DNA of 64,000 nt, taken from the NCBI GenBank assembly GCA_964291395.2, contig OZ219858.1, positions 160,001-224,000 on the forward strand. The letters are read 5' to 3'. The position numbers were made by a program, and so were the translations under genes. This DNA is from Alphaproteobacteria bacterium. Its GTDB lineage: Bacteria; Pseudomonadota; Alphaproteobacteria; UBA2966. This document shows positions 62,866-64,000 of this stretch, one piece after another (positions within the stretch are counted from its first letter, which is position 1; every line of letters starts with the position of its first letter). Below the pieces are notes generated by a model. It had not been told where the DNA came from. It did no database searches and saw only the letters and a list, made by a program, of their open reading frames with translations.

Positions 62866-63783
62866 GTGGAGGGAACCCCACCTCCCCTCATCGCACATAA
62901 TCGCAGGATTGCAGTCATCTATAACCCGACCGCCGGGCAACGCAAGCGACGGCGCTACACTTCCGTCATGAAGGTTCTTGGCGAACTCGGCGTGTCGGTG
63001 ACCGAACTGCGTACCGGAGGACGCGGTGATGCGGAAAGGCTTGCAACCGGCGTCCAGCCTGGAGAGTTCGACGTGATTGCCGTGGCGGGGGGTGATGGCA
63101 CCATCAACGAAGCCGTAAATGGCCTGCGTGCCGACGCTCCACCACTGGCTATCGTGCCGCTCGGCACGGCGAACGTCCTGGCCGCGGAACTCGGGCTTCG
63201 GATCGACCCGACTCACATTGCCCGTACGATCGCCCGGCAACAGCCCACGGCCATGCACGTGGGAGTCGTCAACGACCGCAAGTTCACGATGATGGCCGGG
63301 ATCGGTATCGACACGCATGTGGTTCGCGACGTATCCCGGACGTTGAAGCGGCTTACGGGAAAAGGGGCGTACGTCTGGCAGGCTCTTGTCGAGCTCATCC
63401 GCTTTCCGTCCTCTGTTTATGGCGTGACCATCGACGGTGTTCGTCACGAGGTGGGTTCCGCCATTTTCGCAAATGGGCACTTCTACAGCGGGCGCTTCAT
63501 CAGCGTCCCGGAAGCCCGTCTGGAGGAGCGGTCCCTGTACGCTTGTTTGCTGGCAGGCCGCGGGGTATGGAACCTCATACGGTACGGCGTAGCGCTGACC
63601 GGAAACCGCCTGACACGTTTGAGCGATGTCTCGACCATTGAGTTCCGAGAGGCGCTGCTCGACGGCCCCGAGGGCGACCCCGTCCACGCGGACGGCGAAA
63701 TCGTCGGGCGTCTACCGGCGATCGTACGTTCTCATCCCAATCCGCTCGATGTATTGCGCCCATTGAATGGTGCCGAGAGCTAG
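62866..63783 (+). CDS. Diacylglycerol kinase/YegS family lipid kinase
   Basis: NPTAG, GGDGTINE, PLGTANVLA and DGE. Start uncertain. Confidence 0.9.
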   Translation: MEGTPPPLIAHNRRIAVIYNPTAGQRKRRRYTSVMKVLGELGVSVTELRTGGRGDAERLATGVQPGEFDVIAVAGGDGTINEAVNGLRADAPPLAIVPLGTANVLAAELGLRIDPTHIARTIARQQPTAMHVGVVNDRKFTMMAGIGIDTHVVRDVSRTLKRLTGKGAYVWQALVELIRFPSSVYGVTIDGVRHEVGSAIFANGHFYSGRFISVPEARLEERSLYACLLAGRGVWNLIRYGVALTGNRLTRLSDVSTIEFREALLDGPEGDPVHADGEIVGRLPAIVRSHPNPLDVLRPLNGAES

Positions 63784-63789
63784 TCGACC

Positions 63790-64000
63790 GTGCGCACGCT
63801 CTCGCATGCCCGGGCAAAAAGGTTCTACGACCGATTCGGAACCAGACAGGACCGCAGCACGCTCTACGAGGAACGCCCCCTCGAGCTACTGATCGAGAAC
63901 GCCGAACTAGGCGAGGCGACCGCTGTATTCGAGTTTGGATGCGGTACCGGCCGCCTGGCCGAACGCCTGTTGCGCGATCATTTGTCGGAGCAGACGACCT
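63790..64000 (+). CDS. Class I SAM-dependent methyltransferase (3'-truncated by window edge)
   Basis: GTG start: MRTLSHARAKRFYDRFG...VFEFGCGTGRLA (motif I). The frame is open to the window end. Confidence 0.8.
   Translation, partial: MRTLSHARAKRFYDRFGTRQDRSTLYEERPLELLIENAELGEATAVFEFGCGTGRLAERLLRDHLSEQTT

Overview
High-GC alphaproteobacterial (Rhodospirillales-like, inferred from gene order) chromosomal segment that is mostly housekeeping. It carries sahR-metF-metH with a palindromic operator, mlaA-mlaC, acnA, a contiguous ccmABCDEFGHI operon, dapF-mtaB-ftsY, ffh-rpsP-rimM-trmD-rplS-leuCDB-asd, pdxY, sdhCDAB-zapE, pyrD, class I lysS, and dinG-terB. The non-routine parts are: (i) a ~130-bp MITE-like element with tandem repeats at the mlaC stop codon; (ii) a 650-bp acnA/ccmA intergenic region with a possible GGA-rich sRNA; (iii) a frameshift-dense stretch (ccmI 3' end plus a serine hydrolase), followed by an unannotated HEPN-like gene remnant; (iv) a ~5-kb accessory block between ispZ and ftsY with two tandem PRISE-type (progesterone 5-beta-reductase/iridoid synthase-like) reductases, DUF3237, a PuuE-like deacetylase and a DUF62 SAM hydrolase; (v) a repeat-associated frameshift in the acidic tail of rpsP; (vi) an AT-richer Fic toxin/small antitoxin pair with a variant inhibitory motif; (vii) a putative catabolic operon (metal TIM-barrel epimerase, LsrG-like ABM protein, IolD-like ThDP enzyme, MFS) of unknown substrate. 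No rRNA, tRNA, CRISPR array, integrase or transposase gene was seen. All calls come from reading motifs by eye, and start codons are best estimates.
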